Shown: in pieces, positions 9,560 to 18,314 of the stretch
Layout of the letters: each line of letters starts with the position of its first letter
How positions within the stretch are numbered: the first letter of the stretch is position 1
Source: Bdellovibrionales bacterium
GTDB lineage: Bacteria; Bdellovibrionota; Bdellovibrionia; Bdellovibrionales; UBA840
NCBI GenBank assembly: GCA_037969075.1
Contig: JBBKWS010000090.1
Location: forward strand, 1-35,391
Reading direction: 5' to 3'
DNA: 35,391 nucleotides
Program-made: the position numbers and the translations under genes
The notes under the pieces: generated by a model
Seen by the model: only the letters and a program-made list of their open reading frames with translations
What the model was told of the DNA's origin: nothing
The model's database searches: none

Positions 9560-10578
9560 AGTAGTAGCTCCATCACTTGCTCTTCAACCATTCTTACCTC
9601 AATCATCTTCATGCAATCATGAGTCCCAATGGGACATACATCATGCCCATGCTTTCCACAAGGACGACAGGCTAAATCGATTTGACTAAGCTTAACATTA
9701 TTCTGCCAAGGACGATATCCAAAAGACAAAACTGTTGGACCAAATATACAAACGGTTGGTAGATCGACAAGAGCCGCCATATGCATAGGACCACTATCAT
9801 TAGATACTAAAAGTACTGATTCTTCATATATCGCGATCAAATCAGTAAGACTTGTTGCGCCCACTTTATTATTAACTTTTGGCTCTTTGCTTTCAATCCA
9901 ATCACACACCGCTCTTTCATTTTCTGCACCGATGAGTGTAATAGTAAAACCTTTCTTTATAAGACTTGTGGCCAAATGAGCGTAGTACTCTTTGGGCCAC
10001 ATTTTAGTGGCCCAAACACTTCCAGGCGCTAAACACACATTTTTTGATATATCCTTTTTTACTTTATCAATAGAGGCTGATGCCCAAACTGGGATTTTTG
10101 ATGCTGAAATGTTTCGCCAATCTATAGATGCATCAAGTGATTTAAATTCATTACGCACTTCTTCACTAATTAATGTCAGTAGATATAATTGCCTTAAAGC
10201 CTCAGGTAAATGCATTGGACGTTCAACCATTTTATTAAATGCCAAACGCTGGTACCACCGACTATATGAGATTTTATTCTTAGCTTTAATCGATCTAGAG
10301 AATAACATCGTACGTATGGATTCATGTGGACTAACTAATAGGTCAAAATTAATATCTAAAAGACTTTTCTTGATCTCTTGGTACGTCTTACTATTTCCTT
10401 TTTTTACTTCATAAACATAGTCTATAAGCTTCTTCTCTACGAAGAAAGCTCCCAGTCCATTTCTGCAAACCAGATGTATCTTGGCGTTAGGATACAACGC
10501 CCTAAGCTTTTTTAAAGTGGGTACACTTAGTAGTAAATCCCCCAAGAAAGCTGTCTGCACATATAGTATATTTTGCAT
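9556..10578 (-). CDS. GT9 LPS heptosyltransferase, WaaF-like
   Basis: QTAFLGDLLL, APGSVWATKMW, NDSGPMHMAA, IFGPT, C-terminal CRPC motif. Exact WaaC/F/Q specificity uncertain. Confidence 0.85.
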   Translation of the reverse strand: MQNILYVQTAFLGDLLLSVPTLKKLRALYPNAKIHLVCRNGLGAFFVEKKLIDYVYEVKKGNSKTYQEIKKSLLDINFDLLVSPHESIRTMLFSRSIKAKNKISYSRWYQRLAFNKMVERPMHLPEALRQLYLLTLISEEVRNEFKSLDASIDWRNISASKIPVWASASIDKVKKDISKNVCLAPGSVWATKMWPKEYYAHLATSLIKKGFTITLIGAENERAVCDWIESKEPKVNNKVGATSLTDLIAIYEESVLLVSNDSGPMHMAALVDLPTVCIFGPTVLSFGYRPWQNNVKLSQIDLACRPCGKHGHDVCPIGTHDCMKMIEVRMVEEQVMELLL

Positions 10579-11726
10579 TATTTAGATATATCAGCCTTAA
10601 ACTCGGTTTTCAACTCAAAGCCAACACCCTCAAGAATGGCGGCATAGATTTCATCCAGCGAAACTAAATCGTAACACATGGTAGGCATATCACATTGTCT
10701 TTTCCAGCAAGGACTGCAACTAGCACTCGTAATAATCTTTCGTCCCCTATCAAACAAGTCGATTTCGTGTGCACATGTGGGCCCAAACCAGGCTACAACC
10801 CATTTTTTTTGTGAAATTGCCATATGCATACCAAGGCTATCGCCAGTGACAACAATATCGCAGGCCGCAACAGAACTCAGACCGTCTCGTAACCCCTTGT
10901 CACAAGAGGAGTAAATTGCCCCTGTTTCTAGATGTAATCTTTCATTTCGAACCTTATCCTCAGGACCACCAAGTAAAATTGGAACCAAATTTTTAGTCCC
11001 CTGCAGTTTTTTTATTAGTAATACATGCGCTTCAAAAGGCAATTTTTTATACGGTATTACATCACTACAACCTGTATTGATTCCTACTAAGACATCATCA
11101 GCATTTAAGCGCCAACTTTGACTTTTAATACGAGACATCTCTTTTTCTTTAACCGTAAGAGGCAAATTGTATTCAGCTCTGTCGTATGGTAATTCAAATG
11201 CCTCATGCATCAACTGCGTTTCAGCCTTTGTATTAACGAAAAACTTTTTATGATTATCAAGACCTAGCTCCCAGAGTTCTTTAGCCTTAAAGTTTGCCGG
11301 CACAATTCCGCCTTTAGTATCAGATGCAAATCCTACCACTTTATCGCAGTCTAAAGATTTCACGATACCCGTGGCAATCAAGGACTTATCAATGCAAATT
11401 GCGACGTCATACTGAAAATTTGAAGCTATCAGAAGATCTTCAGACGAAGACGTGAGAACCATATCTAAATCTAGATGCCCTCGTAAAAGCTGATCACAAG
11501 GCTTAGTAGTAATCCAAGTAATGTGAGGTGATTTATATTTAACCTTTATGGCTTCAATAAGCGCCGTAGCCCTAACAACAGCCCCTATGGCCCCTAAATG
11601 CACGATAAGCACACGTAACTGAGGTATATCTTTAAATGTACAAAGCTCATCACAGGCATTACTTTTGACACAAGGCTTGTAACCAGAGAAATGTCTGCAC
11701 TTAGTTTGATATCTTTTTTCACTCAT
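10578..11726 (-). CDS. GT9 heptosyltransferase-family protein with Cys-rich N-terminus
   Basis: HLGAIGAVVR, LLGGPED, GDSLGMHMAI, WFGPT, CSPC. N-terminal C10/C19/C25/C29. Confidence 0.82.
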   Translation of the reverse strand: MSEKRYQTKCRHFSGYKPCVKSNACDELCTFKDIPQLRVLIVHLGAIGAVVRATALIEAIKVKYKSPHITWITTKPCDQLLRGHLDLDMVLTSSSEDLLIASNFQYDVAICIDKSLIATGIVKSLDCDKVVGFASDTKGGIVPANFKAKELWELGLDNHKKFFVNTKAETQLMHEAFELPYDRAEYNLPLTVKEKEMSRIKSQSWRLNADDVLVGINTGCSDVIPYKKLPFEAHVLLIKKLQGTKNLVPILLGGPEDKVRNERLHLETGAIYSSCDKGLRDGLSSVAACDIVVTGDSLGMHMAISQKKWVVAWFGPTCAHEIDLFDRGRKIITSASCSPCWKRQCDMPTMCYDLVSLDEIYAAILEGVGFELKTEFKADISK

Positions 11727-11728
11727 AG

Positions 11729-11752
11729 TTCTAGTCTAAATCTAGACTAGAA
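11729..11752. repeat. Perfect 10-bp inverted repeat just upstream of the GT9 start codon
   Basis: TTCTAGTCTA (11729-11738), AATC loop, TAGACTAGAA (11743-11752). Confidence 0.8.
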
Positions 11753-11828
11753 AAAAGAAAAGGAACCTACCTATTACATACCAAAACTAGCCGAAAGTGA
11801 GTCTGAAAATACGCCACGCAAGAACTGC

Positions 11829-12779
11829 TTAGAAGTTAAGAGAAGTGATTTCGCCTTTTAAAGATCCTATTTTAATTTTAGCCTCTAACTTAACAATGAT
11901 TTTTCTTTCATCTTTAGTAATCCAATAAAGCACATCACCCATAGGCTTCTCTTTGTCGTTTAAAAAAAGTGTGGGCTTGACGATCACACAATCAAATTCT
12001 CCCACTTTATTCTTAACAAGTTCCTCACCCATATAATTCATAACTACCCGTAAATTCTCTTTATTGTGCGTGATCCATAGCTCTTTAGATTTCTTATCCG
12101 AAAAATCTAAAGTACGCATATAAAACTGTGCTGAAAATGCATTTTGCGCATTCTTTTGCAACGGCCAAACCTCTTCTATTTTTTTAAGTCCGTCATCCTT
12201 ACTATATTGTTTTTCCCAATATCTAACTTCTTTAGCTTTATTGTCAAAAATAGCTCTTGCTTGTCTTACTTTTTTTGTTTCCTGAACATCTAGCTCATAG
12301 GAATATGGAACCAAGGTTTCATAGTCTGCGTAGGTATTTACAGTGTTATTAACTTTATAAATCATTTCAAATATCTTTAAAGTTCTAGCTTCAATTTGAA
12401 AATGATAAGCCTTTCTTCCATTAAGAACTACTGGGTTTTTTACAGCAAAAGTAAGTTCCCCCGCAGTCATACCAAGGTACGTCATCAAAATACTAAAGCG
12501 TTGTCCGGACTTCAATGAAGGCATCGCTTTTAATTCAATATTCTGTATCTTCTCAGCAGGCGCTTTTTTTACTGCCTTTATTTTTTTAGTTTGTTTAATT
12601 GTGGATTTTTTTTTGTCTTTTATATCTATCGGGGCTGGCGTCGCCTCTGGGACTAACTCAACAACCTTAACCTCGTTTTGGTATTCACCATGCTTCTCAA
12701 AATCTTTATCCTCAAACTTCAAAAGTTGAGAGGAGCAAGAGATCAATACTAGACCTAGCAGGAAATATCTCGTAACCAT
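11829..12779 (-). CDS. DUF3108-like lipoprotein
   Basis: Lipoprotein-type signal (LLGLVLISC), Lys/Pro-rich linker, then YLGMTAGELTF...GEFDC...YWITKDERKIIVKLEAKIKIGSL resembling DUF3108 (recalled). Confidence 0.7.
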   Translation of the reverse strand: MVTRYFLLGLVLISCSSQLLKFEDKDFEKHGEYQNEVKVVELVPEATPAPIDIKDKKKSTIKQTKKIKAVKKAPAEKIQNIELKAMPSLKSGQRFSILMTYLGMTAGELTFAVKNPVVLNGRKAYHFQIEARTLKIFEMIYKVNNTVNTYADYETLVPYSYELDVQETKKVRQARAIFDNKAKEVRYWEKQYSKDDGLKKIEEVWPLQKNAQNAFSAQFYMRTLDFSDKKSKELWITHNKENLRVVMNYMGEELVKNKVGEFDCVIVKPTLFLNDKEKPMGDVLYWITKDERKIIVKLEAKIKIGSLKGEITSLNF

Positions 12780-12787
12780 ATGTGAAA

Positions 12788-12796
12788 ATAATAACA
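12788..12796 (-). promoter_or_regulatory. Possible extended -10 promoter for the DUF3108-like gene
   Basis: TG-T-TATTAT 8 nt upstream of ATG 12779; no SD and no good -35. Confidence 0.4.
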
Positions 12797-12815
12797 GAAA
12801 ATCAATTCAATACAG

Positions 12816-13700
12816 CTAATATTTGAACTTCTTCCAGCGATTATGGACCCATAACCATTGTTCTGGATGTTTCTTGATAACACTTTCAAGCCAATAGTTA
12901 TATGCTTGGGTCATCTGTAAAACATTTTCATCTTTATCACCTAGAGAAACCGACTTTATCTCTGGATCATAAACTAAAATATTTTTACTGCCTCGTTTAT
13001 AAGTATAGACCGGAATTACCGGAGCATTGGTCTTCATTGAAAATACAGCTAGACCCATGGGACTCCCCGTTTCACGCCCAAAAAAGTTTGTTTTTACTCC
13101 TATAGGCGGCCCCATAAACTGATCTACAATAAAACAAACAATTCCATTTTTCTTTAACGCTTTTAGTATATCAAAAGAACTGCGTCTCTCGCCGATAAAT
13201 TGAATTCCTTTAGACTCTCTTAATCCAAACCAAAGCTTATTCAAAACTTCTACATTGAAGTGTTTGGAAATCACATAAAAGGGCCTGAATCTGCAAGCAA
13301 GTGAGCAAGCAGCAAAGTCATACGAGCCAAGATGTAAGGAGGTAAGCAAGACACCTTTTTTTTGCGAAAGAGCAGCTGTCAGATGTTCTTCCCCATGAAC
13401 TTCAAAATGATCAAAATAGTTTTTTTCTGTTATAAATGGCACGCTGAAGTAATCCATAAAAGCGCGTCCCATGTTTCGTAGCGAGCTTCTACCAATTTTT
13501 ACCTTTTCAGCGTAAGTTAAATTAGGAAATGCTATGGTTAAATTTTGAATTACCAGCTTTCTACGAATTCTAAAAACATCAAACCAAAGAAGTCCAATGC
13601 TATCCCCCACCATATTCTTTAAGAATGTGGGGCTTATATGAATTAGCCAACTAAAAAATTTGCTAATTATGAGTAAAAAGTTTACTAGCCAGTTCTTCAT
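12816..13700 (-). CDS. lpxL: Lipid A late acyltransferase (LpxL/HtrB family)
   Basis: NLTIAFP, catalytic H-x4-D (HLGSYD), VDQ, FFG, HPEQWLWVHNRWK. Confidence 0.88.
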   Translation of the reverse strand: MKNWLVNFLLIISKFFSWLIHISPTFLKNMVGDSIGLLWFDVFRIRRKLVIQNLTIAFPNLTYAEKVKIGRSSLRNMGRAFMDYFSVPFITEKNYFDHFEVHGEEHLTAALSQKKGVLLTSLHLGSYDFAACSLACRFRPFYVISKHFNVEVLNKLWFGLRESKGIQFIGERRSSFDILKALKKNGIVCFIVDQFMGPPIGVKTNFFGRETGSPMGLAVFSMKTNAPVIPVYTYKRGSKNILVYDPEIKSVSLGDKDENVLQMTQAYNYWLESVIKKHPEQWLWVHNRWKKFKY

Positions 13701-14637
13701 ATTTTAAGTTCCAATCTAAATCATTTACCATAACAAATATTTTTGTAAGATCGACCCTTAGGTCCTTAATTTTAATAGCATCCTTCTCGGTTACTACGAC
13801 AATACCATTAGGGATATCATTAGAGCTAAAATGGTGATGATCTGCGAATGCCTTAGTTGTAAAATTAAGCTTAGAATATTTACTTTTTAATGTTTGCTCT
13901 ACCTGCTCTGGTTTTGCAACACCACAAACTAAAGTTGTCGTCTCTAAAGGCAAATCAACAAAATTGTAATTTAACTGAACCCAGTCACTCATTTTAACCA
14001 CGCCACGAAATAATATTGACGACTGAATGTCTGATCGTAGTGAGATAGATTCGTGTGGCAGATTTATTTTATGTAGGGCCACAATCCCTGCTCTCTGTAA
14101 ACTAGACAATGGCTCCCTTGCTCTGCCTACTGGCATAAGCTGGTAAGCACTCTTCTTGTCAGTCGCATCCAACACAGCTATGTCTAAATCTCTATGCAAT
14201 CTTCTATGTTGATAGCCATCATCCAACAAAATAACGTCCACCTGCTCATCTCTAACAATTTTGTTTGCAACAATAACTCTATCAGAACCAATATAAACTG
14301 GGACTTTAGTTTTAAAGGCGACCAAGCTTGCCTCATCACCGAAAAAACTTGAGCTGTCAGTCTCTAGGTCTACCTTTGCCACACTCGCAGTACTTGTTCG
14401 TTTATAACCTCTATAAATAACAGCAGGATTTTTACCATGACTTTTTAATAATTCTATCAGCTTAAGTATATATGGTGTTTTTCCGCTTCCACCTACTGAT
14501 ATATTACCCACACTAAGCACTGGGAGATCTACCTTATGAATCTTTAATAGCTTATAGTCATATAGAGTATTACGAATGCAAACCACCGCACCAAACAATA
14601 GACTAAAAGGTAAAAGCAATACTCTAAAGATACTCAT
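13663..14637 (-). CDS. lpxK: Tetraacyldisaccharide 4'-kinase
   Basis: SVGNISVGGSGKTP, RGY, GDE, LDDGYQH, PVGRARE, FADHH, TEKDAIK. Confidence 0.93.
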   Translation of the reverse strand: MSIFRVLLLPFSLLFGAVVCIRNTLYDYKLLKIHKVDLPVLSVGNISVGGSGKTPYILKLIELLKSHGKNPAVIYRGYKRTSTASVAKVDLETDSSSFFGDEASLVAFKTKVPVYIGSDRVIVANKIVRDEQVDVILLDDGYQHRRLHRDLDIAVLDATDKKSAYQLMPVGRAREPLSSLQRAGIVALHKINLPHESISLRSDIQSSILFRGVVKMSDWVQLNYNFVDLPLETTTLVCGVAKPEQVEQTLKSKYSKLNFTTKAFADHHHFSSNDIPNGIVVVTEKDAIKIKDLRVDLTKIFVMVNDLDWNLKYEELASKLFTHN

Positions 14638-15766
14638 CGATCGCCTTTACTACTCTACTACTGACTCCGGCGTCTCCTAACAGGGCTGGCAGATCTTGCC
14701 ATTTTTTTATTTGCTCATTGCTGTTATTAGGCTCCATTGTCTTAAGCATTTTGTCTGCCAAATCCTTTGCATTTACTTGTTTTTGAAACATCTCTGGCGC
14801 AACCTCTTGATTAAAAATCAGATTCACTATTCCAAAAAATTTAACCCCTTTTACTATCTTCTTTGCCAGCCATGCCGTTATAGGGTTGAGTTTATACATA
14901 ATCACCATTGGCTTTTGCATTAAAGCTACAACCAGTGTTGCCGTACCCGATGCTACTAAAACAGCATCCACCCCCTGTAGCATTTTAAATGGCTCATCTT
15001 GTAAAACAATTAAATTTTCAGGACTGTCGCTTAGATAGGGCAAGATCTCACTTTTATGTAAGCTTGGAGCTAAAAGTAGAGCTCCATACAAATTAGGTAC
15101 CTGCTTTTGCATCAACTTAAGTGCACCCAATTGCTCGGCTAAGTGAAATTTAATTTCAGATCGCCTACTGCCAGGCATAAGGCCAACTAAAATATCTTTT
15201 GCATCAAGACCCATCCTCTTTTTCTGCAATTCAATTTTACCAACCCCAAATAGATCTGGATTTATTTCATCTAAAAGAGGGTGCCCAACAAATTCATGAT
15301 TCATATGATATTTTTTATATATATCCGCTTCGAAAGGATAGATAAGAAGCATTTTATCTACACATTCTTTTATTTTAAAAATTCTTTTTTGTCTCCAAGC
15401 CCAAACTGTTGGAGAAATATAGTACACTACCTTAATGTTTTTTTTCTTTAGCTCTTTTGCAAGGCGAAGATTAAAATCAGGATAATCTATTAGCACTGCA
15501 ACTTTAATTTTTCTAGCCACTGCTTCTTCGATTAAAGAATAAAATACTTTACGAATTAGCCCGTAATGCTTAATAACTTCAACAATCCCAATTACAGCCA
15601 TATCTTCAGACTTACCTAAACGCTCAAAGCCAGCATTCTCCATCGCCTGATTACCGACTCCAAAAGTTTTTAAATTTGGCTTATCTTTAGACCATATCTC
15701 TAATATCCTGCCTGCATAGACGGCGCTAGATTCTTCTGCTGCGACTATAAGTACTGAATCAGACAT
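14624..15766 (-). CDS. lpxB: Lipid A disaccharide synthase
   Basis: IDYPDFN, YYISPTVWAWR, FVGHPL, MPGSRRSE, SGTATL. Confidence 0.95.
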   Translation of the reverse strand: MSDSVLIVAAEESSAVYAGRILEIWSKDKPNLKTFGVGNQAMENAGFERLGKSEDMAVIGIVEVIKHYGLIRKVFYSLIEEAVARKIKVAVLIDYPDFNLRLAKELKKKNIKVVYYISPTVWAWRQKRIFKIKECVDKMLLIYPFEADIYKKYHMNHEFVGHPLLDEINPDLFGVGKIELQKKRMGLDAKDILVGLMPGSRRSEIKFHLAEQLGALKLMQKQVPNLYGALLLAPSLHKSEILPYLSDSPENLIVLQDEPFKMLQGVDAVLVASGTATLVVALMQKPMVIMYKLNPITAWLAKKIVKGVKFFGIVNLIFNQEVAPEMFQKQVNAKDLADKMLKTMEPNNSNEQIKKWQDLPALLGDAGVSSRVVKAIDEYL

Positions 15767-16502
15767 GATTAAGAATCTCCCAATCTTCTTCTCGTAAATT
15801 TTCTAGAGAATTATTTGCTGTTTGAATCTCAGACCAAACCAAACTTGCCGATAGTCCGTGTGTTGCTTTATGAAAAGAATAATATGGATTTGCAATATCT
15901 GAAAATATTTTTATTTCAGTATATTCATAAATTTCAGGGTGAACCTCAATAGCGTGGTCATCTGAGCTAAACTTCCAGACTTCATCACTTCTAGCATCAG
16001 GGCTTAAATGTATACTAAGATTAAGCTCTCCAATTTTACCTGTAATTATATACGAAGATGAGTGTAGGCAATTAGCAGCAACAATAGAAACTTCTTCGAT
16101 AGCTTCTGAATACAAAGTCCTAAATGATTGTAGCACTTTTAATAGCTCGTATTTATGTGTACGCACATTGATTAAAGGCAAGCTCTTATATACTGACAGC
16201 GAGGTCCAATCTTTTTTAAAAATATCTTTGTAGGTTAAAAATGTAAATGCTGCTCTAGGCAAAGCTGACTTATAATACTCACTTAGACTTTCTTCGGTAA
16301 GAATATTATCTGTGCCCAAAAGGCGCTTTATATCTTTTGTCGCATGCACCGTTACGGCTGTATTGTTATAATATGTTGTCGTGGTATCGATACTATCCAC
16401 TGATACTTGGCAAAAATATGGCATTTTATCTTCTTGAGTTAAAGAAAATAGAATTTGTGTTTCAGTGGTGCTTCCTTTTATTGCCAACTTGGGCAAAATC
16501 AT
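15759..16502 (-). CDS. Hypothetical protein between lpxA and lpxB, possibly a highly diverged Gfo/Idh/MocA (GnnA-like) protein
   Basis: 247-aa ORF overlapping lpxA by 4 nt (ATGA) and lpxB by 8 nt, so probably a real gene. Family assignment is weak. Confidence 0.6.
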   Translation of the reverse strand: MILPKLAIKGSTTETQILFSLTQEDKMPYFCQVSVDSIDTTTTYYNNTAVTVHATKDIKRLLGTDNILTEESLSEYYKSALPRAAFTFLTYKDIFKKDWTSLSVYKSLPLINVRTHKYELLKVLQSFRTLYSEAIEEVSIVAANCLHSSSYIITGKIGELNLSIHLSPDARSDEVWKFSSDDHAIEVHPEIYEYTEIKIFSDIANPYYSFHKATHGLSASLVWSEIQTANNSLENLREEDWEILNHV

Positions 16503-17281
16503 ATCGCCAAGCCTTTAGATTTTGTGGCGAAATCAAGCATCATTTTAGTAATTTTATGATCGCCACCAAGCTCTTCAACCACCTTAGCAATTACTTCTTC
16601 ACGTCGTAATCCTGACTTTGAGAACATTCGTATTACTTTATTTGCTGTCGAGATGTCATCTTCTGTATAACCAGCTCTTTCCATACCCACTTTGTTAGTC
16701 GCGCGCATGGTTGCCCAAATTCCTGAAGCCATAGAAAATGGTAATACGTCCTTATTAACTGCGCTATAACCTGCAACAAAAGCATAAGAACCAATAGTGA
16801 TAAACTGACTTAGGCCTACCATACCACCAATAGTTGCCTTATCATGAATGGTTACATGACCTGCGATTCCGACTGAGTTTGCAATTACATTGTTATTACC
16901 AATCACACAATCATGTCCAACATGAGCATAAGCCATTAACAAATTGCCATCACCGATAGCTGTATAATTAATACCAGTAACTGTTCCTGTATTTACTGTG
17001 ACAGATTCTCTAAACTGATTGTTGTCACCAACTCTCAGCTCTGTATTCTCTTTTTTATATTTTAAATCCTGCGGGATACCACCGATATTTGCACCAGGAA
17101 ACAAATGATTATTTTTACCCAAAACCACAGTGCCATAGGGGTTGCCAACTTTAACGTTTGAATCTAGCACCGTGCCTGATCCAATTTTAGTTTTACCTTC
17201 AACCACGCAAAATGGCCCGATAATAGCACCATCTTCAATTTCTGCATCTTTTGATATCACGCTACTTGGATGTATTTGCAT
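16499..17281 (-). CDS. lpxA: UDP-N-acetylglucosamine acyltransferase
   Basis: Hexapeptide repeats, PQDLKY, RESVTV, MAYAHVGHDC (catalytic His). Start moved to ATG 17281 (MQIHPS) with GAGGG upstream. Confidence 0.95.
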   Translation of the reverse strand: MQIHPSSVISKDAEIEDGAIIGPFCVVEGKTKIGSGTVLDSNVKVGNPYGTVVLGKNNHLFPGANIGGIPQDLKYKKENTELRVGDNNQFRESVTVNTGTVTGINYTAIGDGNLLMAYAHVGHDCVIGNNNVIANSVGIAGHVTIHDKATIGGMVGLSQFITIGSYAFVAGYSAVNKDVLPFSMASGIWATMRATNKVGMERAGYTEDDISTANKVIRMFSKSGLRREEVIAKVVEELGGDHKITKMMLDFATKSKGLAI

Positions 17282-17289
17282 AAAACCCT

Positions 17290-17760
17290 CTAAAAAATCT
17301 TCGCCCAAATCTCAGCTTCAGCTACCAGTTTATCTTCAACATAGGCGTGGCAGTTAAAAATAATTATACTACCTCGATCCTTGATGCATTCAGAGTGAAT
17401 TTCAACGACGTCCCCTGGAATTACTGGCGCTCTGAATTTTGCTTTCTGAATACTGGCAATGTAGATTTTCTCAGTTTTTTTCATCGGATCGTAAGCAGCA
17501 AGCGCTGAGGCCTGCGCCATTGTTTCTATCATCATAACACCAGGGTAAACTGGATTCCCCGGAAAGTGGCCGGTAAATTGCGGCTCATTAAAAGTAATAT
17601 TCTTACGAGCTTTAATTTTACGACCCGTTCGGTTTTCACAAAAGCCACCTGACAGTTCATAGATTCGGTCAATCAACAAAAAAGGATAGCGATGAGGAAG
17701 AATCGTCTCTATCTCGCTACCAAACACAGGAAGGCTTTTAGGAAATTGTATTTCAGTCAT
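17290..17760 (-). CDS. fabZ: 3-hydroxyacyl-ACP dehydratase
   Basis: LPHRYPFLLIDR, GHFPGNPVYPGVMMIETMAQ, FRAPVIPGD. Confidence 0.96.
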   Translation of the reverse strand: MTEIQFPKSLPVFGSEIETILPHRYPFLLIDRIYELSGGFCENRTGRKIKARKNITFNEPQFTGHFPGNPVYPGVMMIETMAQASALAAYDPMKKTEKIYIASIQKAKFRAPVIPGDVVEIHSECIKDRGSIIIFNCHAYVEDKLVAEAEIWAKIF

Positions 17761-17765
17761 CTCTA

Positions 17766-18278
17766 TTACTTTTTATAGGTTTTTTCAAATTCTTTAACAA
17801 TAGAATCCGTCACATCAATCGAACTATCGGCCCACAAAATATTTTGCTCGCGCTTCTCAAGAATCATAGTGTAACCTTCTTTTTTAGCTACAGTTTCGAT
17901 TGTCTTAGCCATCTGCTCAAGGATTGGCTGAGTCATCTTACGTTCTTTTACACTAATATCTTGTTGTGATTGAGAAACTGTTTGTCTAAATTTCAACATT
18001 TCTTTTTGGATCTCAGTTTCTTGCTTACGCTTAGCATCCTCAGATAAAAGTGCTGCTTTTTTCTCAAAGTCTTCTGTCATCTTTTTAAGTTGCGCTTCTT
18101 TCTTTTTCAAATCAGCTTCTTTTGATTTAAATTCTTTTTCAAGGCTTGATCTTGCTTCTTTACCAGCCTTAGTGTTCTGCACTGCTTTTTGCAAATCAAC
18201 ATAACCAATCTTTAAATCAGCGGCGAAAGAACTTACTGTCATCAACGAAACTGCTAAACCAACAACTAACTTTTTCAT
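17766..18278 (-). CDS. skp: Periplasmic chaperone Skp/OmpH
   Basis: Signal peptide, KIGYVDLQ, long coiled coil, GYTMIL...DVTD. AGGAGA RBS. Directly after bamA. Confidence 0.92.
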   Translation of the reverse strand: MKKLVVGLAVSLMTVSSFAADLKIGYVDLQKAVQNTKAGKEARSSLEKEFKSKEADLKKKEAQLKKMTEDFEKKAALLSEDAKRKQETEIQKEMLKFRQTVSQSQQDISVKERKMTQPILEQMAKTIETVAKKEGYTMILEKREQNILWADSSIDVTDSIVKEFEKTYKK

Positions 18279-18314
18279 ATAAATCTCCTTTAATATGATT
18301 ATAAAATAGTATTA

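Noticed and set aside
11729..11760. Hairpin plus A/T run as an intrinsic terminator
   Set aside because: The stem is AT-rich and no U-tract follows it on either strand.
16499..17281. Internal periodicity in lpxA
   Set aside because: Explained by the hexapeptide left-handed beta-helix.
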